Assembly (NCBI GenBank): GCA_026985075.1
Contig: JALSQX010000053.1
Span: forward strand, 92,773 to 156,772
Origin: Blastocatellia bacterium
Lineage (GTDB): Bacteria; Acidobacteriota; Blastocatellia; HR10; J050
DNA: 64,000 bases
Direction: 5' to 3'
The notes below the pieces were generated by a model. That model saw nothing but the letters and a program-made list of their open reading frames with translations, searched no databases and had not been told where the DNA came from. Within the stretch, counting starts at the first letter, position 1, and the number at the start of each line of letters is the position of its first letter. Below are positions 1 through 8,703 of the stretch, piece by piece. Both the position numbers and the translations under genes were made by a program.

Positions 1-135
1 AACGCATATGGGATCTCGCACGAGCGGCTTGCGCGGGCTCGCCGAGAGAGCGGATTGGGCGAGTTCAATGAGTGGGCTGGTGGGGCAAGGTGTGTATCTC
101 TCCCTGGCGATCAATCATCGTGAAATAGACGGACG

Positions 136-1971
136 TTGCCTGTGAGTATCATTCTGGTGATATCTATTTCGATTCGCCTGGTGGCCTTAGTCTGGTCTTT
201 CGTCCTCTGGCGGCGGGTGCGGGACTGGCGAATGGGGTTCCTGTCGTTCATGCTCGGATTGATGGCGCTGCGCCAGACGCTGACGTGGCTGGGAATGACC
301 TCTGCTCAAGAGGGCTGGCGGGTGCATCCGGTGACCGAGCTTCCTGGCCTCGCGGTGAGCATCCTGGCCTGTCTGGCGATTGTGTTTCTGCATCGCATGT
401 TGACCGAACGCCAACGAACCGAAGAGGCGCTGGCCGCCGAGAAAGAACGCCTCGCCGTCACCCTCCGATCCATCGCTGACGGCGTCATCACCACCGATAC
501 GCGAGGGCACATTGTCCTGATGAATCGAGTGGCCGAAGAACTCACCGGTTGGCCTCAGAGTGAAGCGCGCGGCAAGCCGCTGGCGGAGATCATTCATATC
601 CTCGATGAACGAACGCGCCAGCGGCGACCGGATCCAGGAGAAGAGGTGCTCCGATCCGGCCAGGCCAACAGTTCAAGCTCCAGGACGGTCCTCGTCGCTC
701 GCGACGGCCGGGAGCGGCTCATCAGTGAGAGCCGTGCGCCCATTCGCGACAAAGACGGGAGAATTCGAGGCGCCGTGCTCGTCTTCCACGATGTGACGGA
801 AAAGCAAAAACTCGAAGATGAACTCCTCAAGGTAGAGAGGTTGGAGTCTCTAGGGGCATTGGCTGGTGGTCTCGCTCACGATTTCAACAATATTCTCATG
901 GCCATCCTCGGCAATCTCTCGCTGGCCCGGTTATATGCCTCACCTGGAGACCGGATCCACGAGCGGCTGGAAGCGGCTGAAAAAGCGGCGTTACGAGCCA
1001 GAAATCTCACCGAGCGACTGCTCACCTTCGCTCAAGGTGGAGCTCCGATCCGCTCCATGGCCTCGATCACCGCACTCATCAAGGAGTCGGTGGAATTCGC
1101 CCTCACCGGGTCGAACGTGCGATGCGAGTTCTCGCTTCCTGAGAATCTCTGGCCCGTGGAGGTCGACCACGGACAGATCGGCCAGGCGATCCAAAACCTC
1201 ATCATCAATGCCGACCAGGCGATGCCCGACGGCGGCGTCATCCGCGTGAGGGCGGAGAATGCGATCGTGACGGATCAGATGCCCCTCCCACTGGCGCCGG
1301 GGAAATATGTTAAGGTCACCATCGCCGATCAAGGGACGGGCATTCCCCGAGAGCACCTGGGGAAGATCTTCGATCCCTATTTCACCACCAAGCCCGAAGG
1401 CAGCGGCTTGGGATTGACCACGACGTATTCCATCATCAGGCGACATGGCGGACATATTGCCGTCGATTCTCAGGTGGGCCGCGGGACCATCGTCACATTC
1501 TATTTACCCGCTTCAGAGAAAGAATGGCCCGCGAAAAGACCTTCGGAAGAGCTAGGGGAAGGGCGAGGCAAGATCCTGTTCATGGACGACGAGGAAGTGA
1601 TCCGGGATGTAGCTGGCCACATGCTCACCATACTCGGTTATGAGGTCGTCTCGGCCAAGGATGGCGCCGAAGCCGTTCAACTCTATCAGAAAGCTTATGA
1701 GGCGGGAGAGCCGTTCGACGCGGTCATCATGGACTTGACCGTTCCTGGTGGGATGGGCGGCCGAGAGGCGATCAAGAGGCTTCTGGAGGTCGATCCTCAT
1801 GTCAAGGCCATCGTCTCCAGTGGCTACTTTCAGGATCCGGTCATGGCAGAATACCGGAGGTATGGATTCCGAGCTGTGATCACCAAACCATACAGAATCG
1901 AAGATCTCGATCGCATCATACGCCAGGTGCTCAGCGAACGGGTTCGACGAGCCAACGATGATGTAGCCTGA
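136..1971 (+). CDS. Hybrid sensor histidine kinase / response regulator: N-terminal TM segments, PAS, HisKA, HATPase_c and a C-terminal receiver domain
   Basis: PAS-like block (LAVTLRSIADGVITTD). H-box HDFNNILMAILGNLSLA. N/G-box region (IINADQAMPDGGVIRV, DQGTGIP, GSGLGL). C-terminal receiver (KILFMDDEE...DAVIMDLTVPGGMGG...KAIVSSGY). Start ambiguous: TTG at 136, first ATG at 232. Confidence 0.85.
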   Translation: MPVSIILVISISIRLVALVWSFVLWRRVRDWRMGFLSFMLGLMALRQTLTWLGMTSAQEGWRVHPVTELPGLAVSILACLAIVFLHRMLTERQRTEEALAAEKERLAVTLRSIADGVITTDTRGHIVLMNRVAEELTGWPQSEARGKPLAEIIHILDERTRQRRPDPGEEVLRSGQANSSSSRTVLVARDGRERLISESRAPIRDKDGRIRGAVLVFHDVTEKQKLEDELLKVERLESLGALAGGLAHDFNNILMAILGNLSLARLYASPGDRIHERLEAAEKAALRARNLTERLLTFAQGGAPIRSMASITALIKESVEFALTGSNVRCEFSLPENLWPVEVDHGQIGQAIQNLIINADQAMPDGGVIRVRAENAIVTDQMPLPLAPGKYVKVTIADQGTGIPREHLGKIFDPYFTTKPEGSGLGLTTTYSIIRRHGGHIAVDSQVGRGTIVTFYLPASEKEWPAKRPSEELGEGRGKILFMDDEEVIRDVAGHMLTILGYEVVSAKDGAEAVQLYQKAYEAGEPFDAVIMDLTVPGGMGGREAIKRLLEVDPHVKAIVSSGYFQDPVMAEYRRYGFRAVITKPYRIEDLDRIIRQVLSERVRRANDDVA

Positions 1972-2009
1972 CCCTCGATCAAAGCAGAGGATAGAGAATG
2001 TCGCGCCGC

Positions 2010-3488
2010 CTATCGAATGCCAAACAACGATAGAAAGAATTCCGTCCGCTGAGCGAACGTGAGTCGCGGCGGATCGACATTCCAAATATGAATGAGCGCA
2101 TAGAACACCCACACCCCAGCGATGCGTTTGATGCGAAGGCACATCGCCCATGGACCATCCTGCGGCCAGGTCCGACCACGACGCTTCCGCTCACGAAGTA
2201 AAGAGACATAAATGCCCAGGGCGAGCAGCAACGAATAAAAAATCCGCGGACACAACAACGACCACGCTCCAGTCAATCCCGCGGCGGCGAGATGCCCAAT
2301 ATCGCGCAGCACGTGATAATAGATATTACCCGCGAATGCCGCGGCCATCGTCGCCGCGAATAATCGAAGTCCGGGTCGCGTCTTGAAGTACGACGCATAA
2401 GCTGGAAAGAAGAAGAATTCGACCAGGAGCTCTTTGAAGTAGTAATAGAACCGATTCCAGAATTCCACCACCGACTGTGACAACAACGGTTTATACGTAT
2501 TGCGGAAAACATGGAATCCGAGCAACCGCAAACAGCCGATGATGACATGTCCAGTGATGGCCAGCTTCAGCGTTCGCGTGATCAACTCGACGAACACGCT
2601 CGCCCACGCCCATATCGGCGACGGATGGAACGTCGTCTCCCCACCGATTAACGCGCTCAATCGAGGGAGGTCCAGATGATACCCGGAGAGGGCGGGAGGC
2701 ATGCCATCGACCGGGAGGCCATGCACGAATCCGTTGATCATCCACAAAGCCCCTTGCCAGAACCAGGCCAGGATGAGGAGCTTCAGGCCCGCCAATTGAG
2801 CGCGAGCGCGATCGGCCATCGTCGCCGCCATGGTTTGCTGAAGGTAATCGTAGCCCTTTCCATAAGGAACGTGTGTGCCCCCATAGGCGGGCCAAAGATA
2901 AAAGAAGTGTTCTCGAAAGCGACTGTCTGCCGCTCGACGGCGCTGACCAGCCAGGAGCATATATCCGCAGCGCCAGGCGAGAAAAGGAAAACAGGTCGCC
3001 GCCAACCAGACGCCGGTGGCCATGGGATGACCATGGCGGGGGATGGCCAACAGCCCGACAAGGACTATCCAGATGATCGCATGGAGAACGAAGAGAGGAT
3101 GCCGTTGCACCAGGCGCGGAAGCTGCCCGTATGATCGGGCCGCTCGATAACAGGCATAGAGCCCCCCTCCCACCAGGACCATAGCCAGCAGGAGGGCGGG
3201 CCACCCGTCGGACGCCCAGCCAGGATCGAGGCGTTGCCTCTCGGCCACCGCCCGGTAGAACACATACACGCCGCCGAGCGAGAGGATCAGATGTCGGTGC
3301 GCCGGAAAGCCAATGACCAGCGCCAACAGCGGAGAGATGAGCGCGGCGGCGGCCCGATCGTAGAAAAAGAGGAGCAGCGTGGCCGCCGACCAGACAGCGG
3401 CCTGTCCCCAGGGAGTGGAAACAACCGCGACGAGGCGCTCATCCTCATGAAGTTGTCGGCTCAACGTGAGGAGGGCCGTTGGCGTCAT
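2010..3488 (-). CDS. MBOAT-family (DltB/AlgI-like) polytopic membrane O-acyltransferase-like protein with non-canonical signature
   Basis: About 10 predicted TM helices. The segment LLGFHVFRNTYKPLLSQSVVEFWNRFYYYFKELLVEFFFFPAY aligns position-by-position with the MBOAT signature FN.PY.A.S..EFWRRWHISLS.WLRDY.YIPLGG. A downstream GNIYYH matches the invariant-His region. Start ATG overlaps the upstream carrier-protein stop (ATGA). Confidence 0.6.
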   Translation of the reverse strand: MTPTALLTLSRQLHEDERLVAVVSTPWGQAAVWSAATLLLFFYDRAAAALISPLLALVIGFPAHRHLILSLGGVYVFYRAVAERQRLDPGWASDGWPALLLAMVLVGGGLYACYRAARSYGQLPRLVQRHPLFVLHAIIWIVLVGLLAIPRHGHPMATGVWLAATCFPFLAWRCGYMLLAGQRRRAADSRFREHFFYLWPAYGGTHVPYGKGYDYLQQTMAATMADRARAQLAGLKLLILAWFWQGALWMINGFVHGLPVDGMPPALSGYHLDLPRLSALIGGETTFHPSPIWAWASVFVELITRTLKLAITGHVIIGCLRLLGFHVFRNTYKPLLSQSVVEFWNRFYYYFKELLVEFFFFPAYASYFKTRPGLRLFAATMAAAFAGNIYYHVLRDIGHLAAAGLTGAWSLLCPRIFYSLLLALGIYVSLLRERKRRGRTWPQDGPWAMCLRIKRIAGVWVFYALIHIWNVDPPRLTFAQRTEFFLSLFGIR

Positions 3489-3739
3489 CTCGTCTCGCGC
3501 TCGATCAAGTCCAGGATATGGGCAATGGAATTCAGTTGACCGGGATCGATCCCCCGCTCCGAGAAGTCGATACCATACTCCTGCTCGAGGTATCCCACGA
3601 TCTCCAACACAGCCAGAGAATCGATGAGCCCCGATGTGATGAGTCCCTGATGTTCATCGGTAATATCCAGAGGCCGGTCGGGTCTTCGAATCGTTTGCAA
3701 GAACTGGATCAATTTTGCCTTATGCGCGGCTCGATTCAT
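3485..3739 (-). CDS. Acyl/peptidyl carrier protein (DltC/ACP-like, phosphopantetheine attachment site)
   Basis: 84-aa product MNRAAHKAKLIQFLQ...ITSGLIDSLAVLEIVGYLEQEYGIDF with the carrier-protein DSL(A/V) Ser motif. ATG at 3739-3737 overlaps the ligase stop (ATGA). The track ORF's upstream extension to 3901 is not used. Confidence 0.7.
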   Translation of the reverse strand: MNRAAHKAKLIQFLQTIRRPDRPLDITDEHQGLITSGLIDSLAVLEIVGYLEQEYGIDFSERGIDPGQLNSIAHILDLIERETR

Positions 3740-5265
3740 TGTTTTTCGCTGAACAGGTGATGCACGTCGACCGGCTTCAATCGGGCGCACATGTCCGCCA
3801 CCTGGGCGCGATTGATCTTTCCTCGGGAAGTCCGCGGGATGGCCTCCAGCAGATACCAGCGCACGGGCATCTGATGGTCTGCCAGATGTTGCTTCAGCCA
3901 ATAGTAGAGTCGACGAAGAGTCTCGCGGCGAGAGTCACTCAGTACGACCGCCAGACCAACGTTCTGACCGTACAGTGGATCATCATAGCCGAAGCAGCAC
4001 ACGTCGATGGTCGCGGTGAATCGTTCAACAACGGCGTCGATGTCCCCAGGGTAGATCTTCATTCCGCCCTTGTTGATCTCCTCGCGCTCGCGCCCCCTCA
4101 GATAGAGCCAGCCACGATCATCAATGAGGCCAATGTCCCCGGTCATGAACCATCCCTGACTCACCACCTGACGGGTCAGATCATCGCGTTCCCAATAGCC
4201 CCTCATCAGGGCCGGCGTATTGAGCCAAACGTAGCCTGGCTCATTCGGCGCACAGCCGGGCACCGCCCATGGCGGCTCGTCGGTGGATCGCGACTTCAGG
4301 ATCTTCACCAGCGCGCCCCACGGCTCCCCGATGAGCCCATCGGCCGGCGCGAACTCCGGCATCGTCGTCCCAGCTACCCAACTCCCCGTCTCGGTGATCC
4401 CATAAGCATTGAACACATTCCTGGTGCCGGTCCATTCCTGGATTCGCTCCCAGAGGTGAGCTGAAAGAGGAGCTGATCCGCAAAACACGCGCTCCAGCGT
4501 CCCGGCCCGAGGGGGTCTCGCCGTCTTGAGAGCCAGCCGCCAGAGAGCGGGCACTGAGGACATGAACGTGATCTCAAACTCATCCAGCAACGCGCCCAGC
4601 TGCATGACGAGATCGGCGCGGAACGGCGGCAAGATGAACAACTCCTGACCCCAGAGCCAGGGATATAAGCAGTTGCAAATCAATCCGTGACCAAAATGCG
4701 TCGGGAGCAAGCAGAGCGTGCGACGATAGGCCTTCAGGCCGAGATGCTGACGCAGTGTGACCCATCGCGCGCGCAACGAACGATGGGTGTGAACGACGCC
4801 TTTCGGCTGCCCAGTCGTTCCCGAGGTGAACAGGATCAGCGCATCACGATCGAGCGACGGGTGCCGGCCAGAGAGCGAAGAAGCCTCCTCCGCTGGCAAG
4901 GCGGATTCGGTCGCTTCCAACAGCTTCACGCCCAATGCGGCCAGACGGCTGACGAGCGCCTCGTCGATCGCCTCCACGGCCAAGGCAAATTGTGGACGGG
5001 CGGCGCGAGCGAGCGTTTCGATCTCAAAGGGCGTCAGCCGAATATCGATGGGAATGGCGCACCCTCCCAGACTCCACACGGCCAACAAATCGACGAAGAA
5101 CTCCAGTCGATTCCCGTAGAGGAACAATACGCGATCCCCGGCTCGCATTCCCTGATGTCGATACAAGGCCAGACGTCGAAGAAGCTGCCGCTGGATCTCG
5201 GGTGGCTCCCATCGTCGCCCGGTCAATGGTTCGGTGAGGGCGCCAACGTGCATGTCGACGAACAT
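3736..5265 (-). CDS. AMP-dependent synthetase/ligase (adenylation enzyme; DltA / acyl-ACP synthetase-like)
   Basis: Adenylation core motifs LFTSGTTGQPKGVVHTHRSL (A3) and YGITETG, plus a C-terminal SRGKINR (A10-like Lys). 509 aa. Confidence 0.85.
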   Translation of the reverse strand: MFVDMHVGALTEPLTGRRWEPPEIQRQLLRRLALYRHQGMRAGDRVLFLYGNRLEFFVDLLAVWSLGGCAIPIDIRLTPFEIETLARAARPQFALAVEAIDEALVSRLAALGVKLLEATESALPAEEASSLSGRHPSLDRDALILFTSGTTGQPKGVVHTHRSLRARWVTLRQHLGLKAYRRTLCLLPTHFGHGLICNCLYPWLWGQELFILPPFRADLVMQLGALLDEFEITFMSSVPALWRLALKTARPPRAGTLERVFCGSAPLSAHLWERIQEWTGTRNVFNAYGITETGSWVAGTTMPEFAPADGLIGEPWGALVKILKSRSTDEPPWAVPGCAPNEPGYVWLNTPALMRGYWERDDLTRQVVSQGWFMTGDIGLIDDRGWLYLRGREREEINKGGMKIYPGDIDAVVERFTATIDVCCFGYDDPLYGQNVGLAVVLSDSRRETLRRLYYWLKQHLADHQMPVRWYLLEAIPRTSRGKINRAQVADMCARLKPVDVHHLFSEKQ

Positions 5266-5378
5266 CTTCTCCTCCTTTCGCCCGCCCGAATGATGGCCTC
5301 GACGTGGCGGCTGATCATCTTACTCGCTCAGAAGCGCAGACTCAATGGTCCACCCGCCACCTCCCGTGCTGGACGGGC

Positions 5379-7373
5379 TCACGGTCGGCCAGAAACACCC
5401 TGGGCAGAAGATGTGCCAGCGAGACCGCGCTGGTGATAATATCGAATCCACTGCTCCTGCAAGCGGTGAAAGGCCTCCAGTCGCTGACGATACGCCCGAT
5501 CACTCCGAAGACTGAGCCGGGTCCGCTCATCGAACGCCAACCATCTGGGTGAAAAATATTCCCGTTCCGCCACCATGTTCCTCATGAAGCTGCCCTCTTT
5601 GAACAGAAAGCCATCGCTGCCGGTAATATCCCATCCGAGCAGGAACGTGTATCGCCGACTCAGGCGCTCATCCCAAACGGGCAGTCCCTGATGCATGTAG
5701 TCCGTATGGGGTATGCCCAGCAACGCCAGGATGCTGGGCGTGATGTCAATATGTGAGGTCACCTCGTTCACCGAGCGTCTCCGGGAGAAAACGCTGGGAG
5801 CATATATGACGAGGGGGACGTGATATGTTTCGTCGTTCATATACACAGGATCGAAATGCGGACTCTCGATTTGCGATCGAAATCCATGATCGCTGGTCAC
5901 CACGAGAATCGTTCGCTCCCACACCCCGATATCGGCTAATCGGCGGGTGAACGTTTCGAGCAGCCGATCCCTCAAGACAGACAAGTTTTTCACGCGCCCT
6001 TCCCAGCTCCGAGCAGAGAACGGCTTATCCGTCACCCCGGAGACGTCATCGAATCGGAAATGACCCAACGATGGAGCGAGCACCACCAGGAAACGACGAT
6101 GGGCTTTCCAGAGCCGGGCGATCGCCTCGCTCGCCGCTCGATAGAGTCGCTTATCGATCTCGTAGCGGCGGGTGCTGCCGGACATTTGCCACAGAGGATC
6201 TTCCAGAGAGTCCGTCAGAAAGCTACGAAGGTTCCTGATCTGGTCAAACCCCAACTGGCTGATGAGGAACCGCTCCTTATTTCGGTTGCGCACGTCGCCG
6301 AAGAAAAGAGAGACGTATCCCCATCGGGCCAGAATCTGCGGCAAGGCGTCGGCGCGATAGCGCCCGTATCTCCAAGCGATGTTCTGTGACCCCGGCAACG
6401 GATACGTGGAGGTGAGAATGGAAAATAAAGCCCGGATCGAGCGCGGAGAGGTCGTATAGTGGTGTTCGCCCACAATCGCCCTCTCGCTCAGCCGCTTCAA
6501 TCCGGGGAGATAGGCCAAATCGGGCGAAGCATACCGATAGGGAGCCGTCTCCCAAATGACGATGATGACATTCGCTCCGGGAACGACCGACGACCACTTT
6601 CGGCCCTCCGGTCGCTCTGACTCGTCCTGATGATCGAGCACGAGCTGTTCGTACCGCGCCTTCAAGATCTCGGGAGGCGGCAATGGGCCGGACGTCGCCC
6701 GAGGCGCGCTTCGACTCGCTTCGTAGACCAACTGGAGCATCGATTTTTGATTCGCAGCCGTGCGCTCTTGCCACAATGACACGATGGCCGCCAGGAAGAT
6801 GATCCCGAGACTCGCTCCCCGAGCGACTGCGGCGAACCGAGAGCGGAGGAGAGCCCACCGTCGCTCCTCAGAGACGATGAGCAGCAGGAATGAGGAGGAA
6901 AACGCAAACAGCGTTCCCCCCACGAGCTTGGTCACTAACGAAGGGCTCACCGCGCCCCATACCGCATCCGGATAGCCGAAGAGCAGTTCCTGAAGCTGAT
7001 GAATCCGCTGCACCCCGAAATGACTCCCGAACTTCATAACGTCGATGCACTCGGCCAGAGCGAGGACATGGACGCACAACAAAACGCCCATCGCGCCTAA
7101 TAGTTTGAACCGAAAGAAAGCATCGGTTCGCACCAGAAGCCACGATAGCACAGCGATAGACGCGGCGATGAGAAGAACGTCCTCGGAGAAATATCGGAGG
7201 AAACGAATGGGATCACTCCGGCAAAGCGCCACCGCTATCCCCAGCAAAACCCAGAGAGGACGCCCTGGATGAGCGAATAAGCAGATGAATTTCAATCCGA
7301 GCTGAGCTAACGCATAAGGAAAGAACAGGAGCGAAAAGAGGGCCAACCACGGGCTTCGCCAATGTACAGGCAT
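5379..7373 (-). CDS. LtaS/MdoB-like sulfatase-family membrane transferase (phosphoglycerol/polyglycerol-phosphate transferase-like)
   Basis: N-terminal multi-TM domain followed by an alkaline-phosphatase-superfamily sulfatase domain (NVIIVIWETAPYRY..., VVTSDHGFR). ATG at 7373 is preceded by GAGGAG; the track ORF begins at GTG 7385. Confidence 0.75.
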   Translation of the reverse strand: MPVHWRSPWLALFSLLFFPYALAQLGLKFICLFAHPGRPLWVLLGIAVALCRSDPIRFLRYFSEDVLLIAASIAVLSWLLVRTDAFFRFKLLGAMGVLLCVHVLALAECIDVMKFGSHFGVQRIHQLQELLFGYPDAVWGAVSPSLVTKLVGGTLFAFSSSFLLLIVSEERRWALLRSRFAAVARGASLGIIFLAAIVSLWQERTAANQKSMLQLVYEASRSAPRATSGPLPPPEILKARYEQLVLDHQDESERPEGRKWSSVVPGANVIIVIWETAPYRYASPDLAYLPGLKRLSERAIVGEHHYTTSPRSIRALFSILTSTYPLPGSQNIAWRYGRYRADALPQILARWGYVSLFFGDVRNRNKERFLISQLGFDQIRNLRSFLTDSLEDPLWQMSGSTRRYEIDKRLYRAASEAIARLWKAHRRFLVVLAPSLGHFRFDDVSGVTDKPFSARSWEGRVKNLSVLRDRLLETFTRRLADIGVWERTILVVTSDHGFRSQIESPHFDPVYMNDETYHVPLVIYAPSVFSRRRSVNEVTSHIDITPSILALLGIPHTDYMHQGLPVWDERLSRRYTFLLGWDITGSDGFLFKEGSFMRNMVAEREYFSPRWLAFDERTRLSLRSDRAYRQRLEAFHRLQEQWIRYYHQRGLAGTSSAQGVSGRP

Positions 7374-7910
7374 ACATCCAAGCACTCCTCACCGCCAGAG
7401 AAAATCTCCTCGTCGGCGGTCACTCTCGATCCGAGGGGACTGTTTCCTATATCATCCTCATCGAGAAAAATCAAGAGCAAGGCGTCGTTCTTTGAGGAGG
7501 CGCTAAGAGCAGTGCGAGAAGGAACGCCGAGGCAGAGCCGTAAAGAGAGGTTCTTTTGAAGTTTCCCGCCTTTCACAACTCCTGTCCCGTTGATGCCGCA
7601 CCGGCGAGGTCGTCGATGAGTTAGCGAAAGAGTGGGCAGAGTGGTCGTATACCCTTTGGCAACCCCCTCGGAGTTCCGAGAGCGTGATGAAGCAGGTCAC
7701 TTCATAGAGAGGAGAACCCATCTCCGCGGAACGAGAGATACCGCGATGGCCGATGGAATGAACGGGCCACCAGCGGCCAATGCCCCCTCTCCACGAGCAG
7801 AAGACCATCGGCCGACTGGTGGTCGTGTCGCATGCGATCATCCTCGGCCCGTATGGCGGTTCGTCATACGCCATTGGCCGACGGATGGTCGTGGCCCATC
7901 TGGACTGTCG

Positions 7911-8309
7911 TCAGAATGCCCCATCGAGGATGTCCAAGGCTCCTTCGGGCAATGGTTCGACCACTTTCACCTCGATGCTCCCCGTCTGGAAGGGAGAGTT
8001 CGGTTCCAATTCCACGACCAGCCGCCCTCGGCCGTTCTTCATGGTGATCGTGCCCATTTCGACGTCCTGCTCTCCATCGTTGACCACGACCATGAATTGT
8101 GTGCCATCGGGCACATCGACCCGCACGCGCACCCCAAACAGAGGCGTCCCCAAGAGCTGCCCGCGAGCCGCCTGACCGATGGCGTTCATCTGCTGGCCCG
8201 CGTCAGTGGGTACAAGCACGATCTGCTCGATGCTCGTCTTCTGAGCGACAGCGACGACGCTTCCAATAGGCACGACGAGAGCGAGTAAGGCGAACGCGAT
8301 CTTGTTCAT
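7911..8309 (-). CDS. Hypothetical small secreted protein (signal peptide)
   Basis: ATG at 8309 is preceded by AGGAGG. N-terminus MNKIAFALLALVVPIGSVVAVAQ is signal-peptide-like. No family recognised. Confidence 0.5.
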   Translation of the reverse strand: MNKIAFALLALVVPIGSVVAVAQKTSIEQIVLVPTDAGQQMNAIGQAARGQLLGTPLFGVRVRVDVPDGTQFMVVVNDGEQDVEMGTITMKNGRGRLVVELEPNSPFQTGSIEVKVVEPLPEGALDILDGAF

Positions 8310-8703
8310 CTGTCCCTCCTCATCAGAATTTTGGAGAGCCAAGAGCAGCAAGGCCTCGTCATCAACCGCCTCGATCCTCTCACTCCTTCGGGCGGTTATA
8401 TGGAGAACTGCATTGACGCAGCATGCTCTTTGCTCTCGCCCCATTCGTAAGCAAGGCTCGTGCCACTTGACATGAAATCGTCTCGCTGGGCCGTTTGTAG
8501 CGGAACATCAACAGGTTATCGCCGGAAAGGCGATCGTCCTTGAGGCGCGATGTGGCGCGAGACGTTTCTGATCTGAAACAATCGTTCGCTTCACCCTGTG
8601 AAAGAGAGATGTCCTCAAGAGTCCATTCGCCAGGCCACGCGTGAGTTGAGAGCACTGAATGAGGCCATGCGGATCAGTCCTCGAGCGACTCGGTCGTGAA
8701 CAA

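Noticed and set aside
7632-8288. 218-aa ORF across the long leader and antisense to the small secreted protein gene
   Set aside because: No motifs, and it overlaps a gene with a strong ribosome-binding site on the other strand. Probably a GC-driven open frame.
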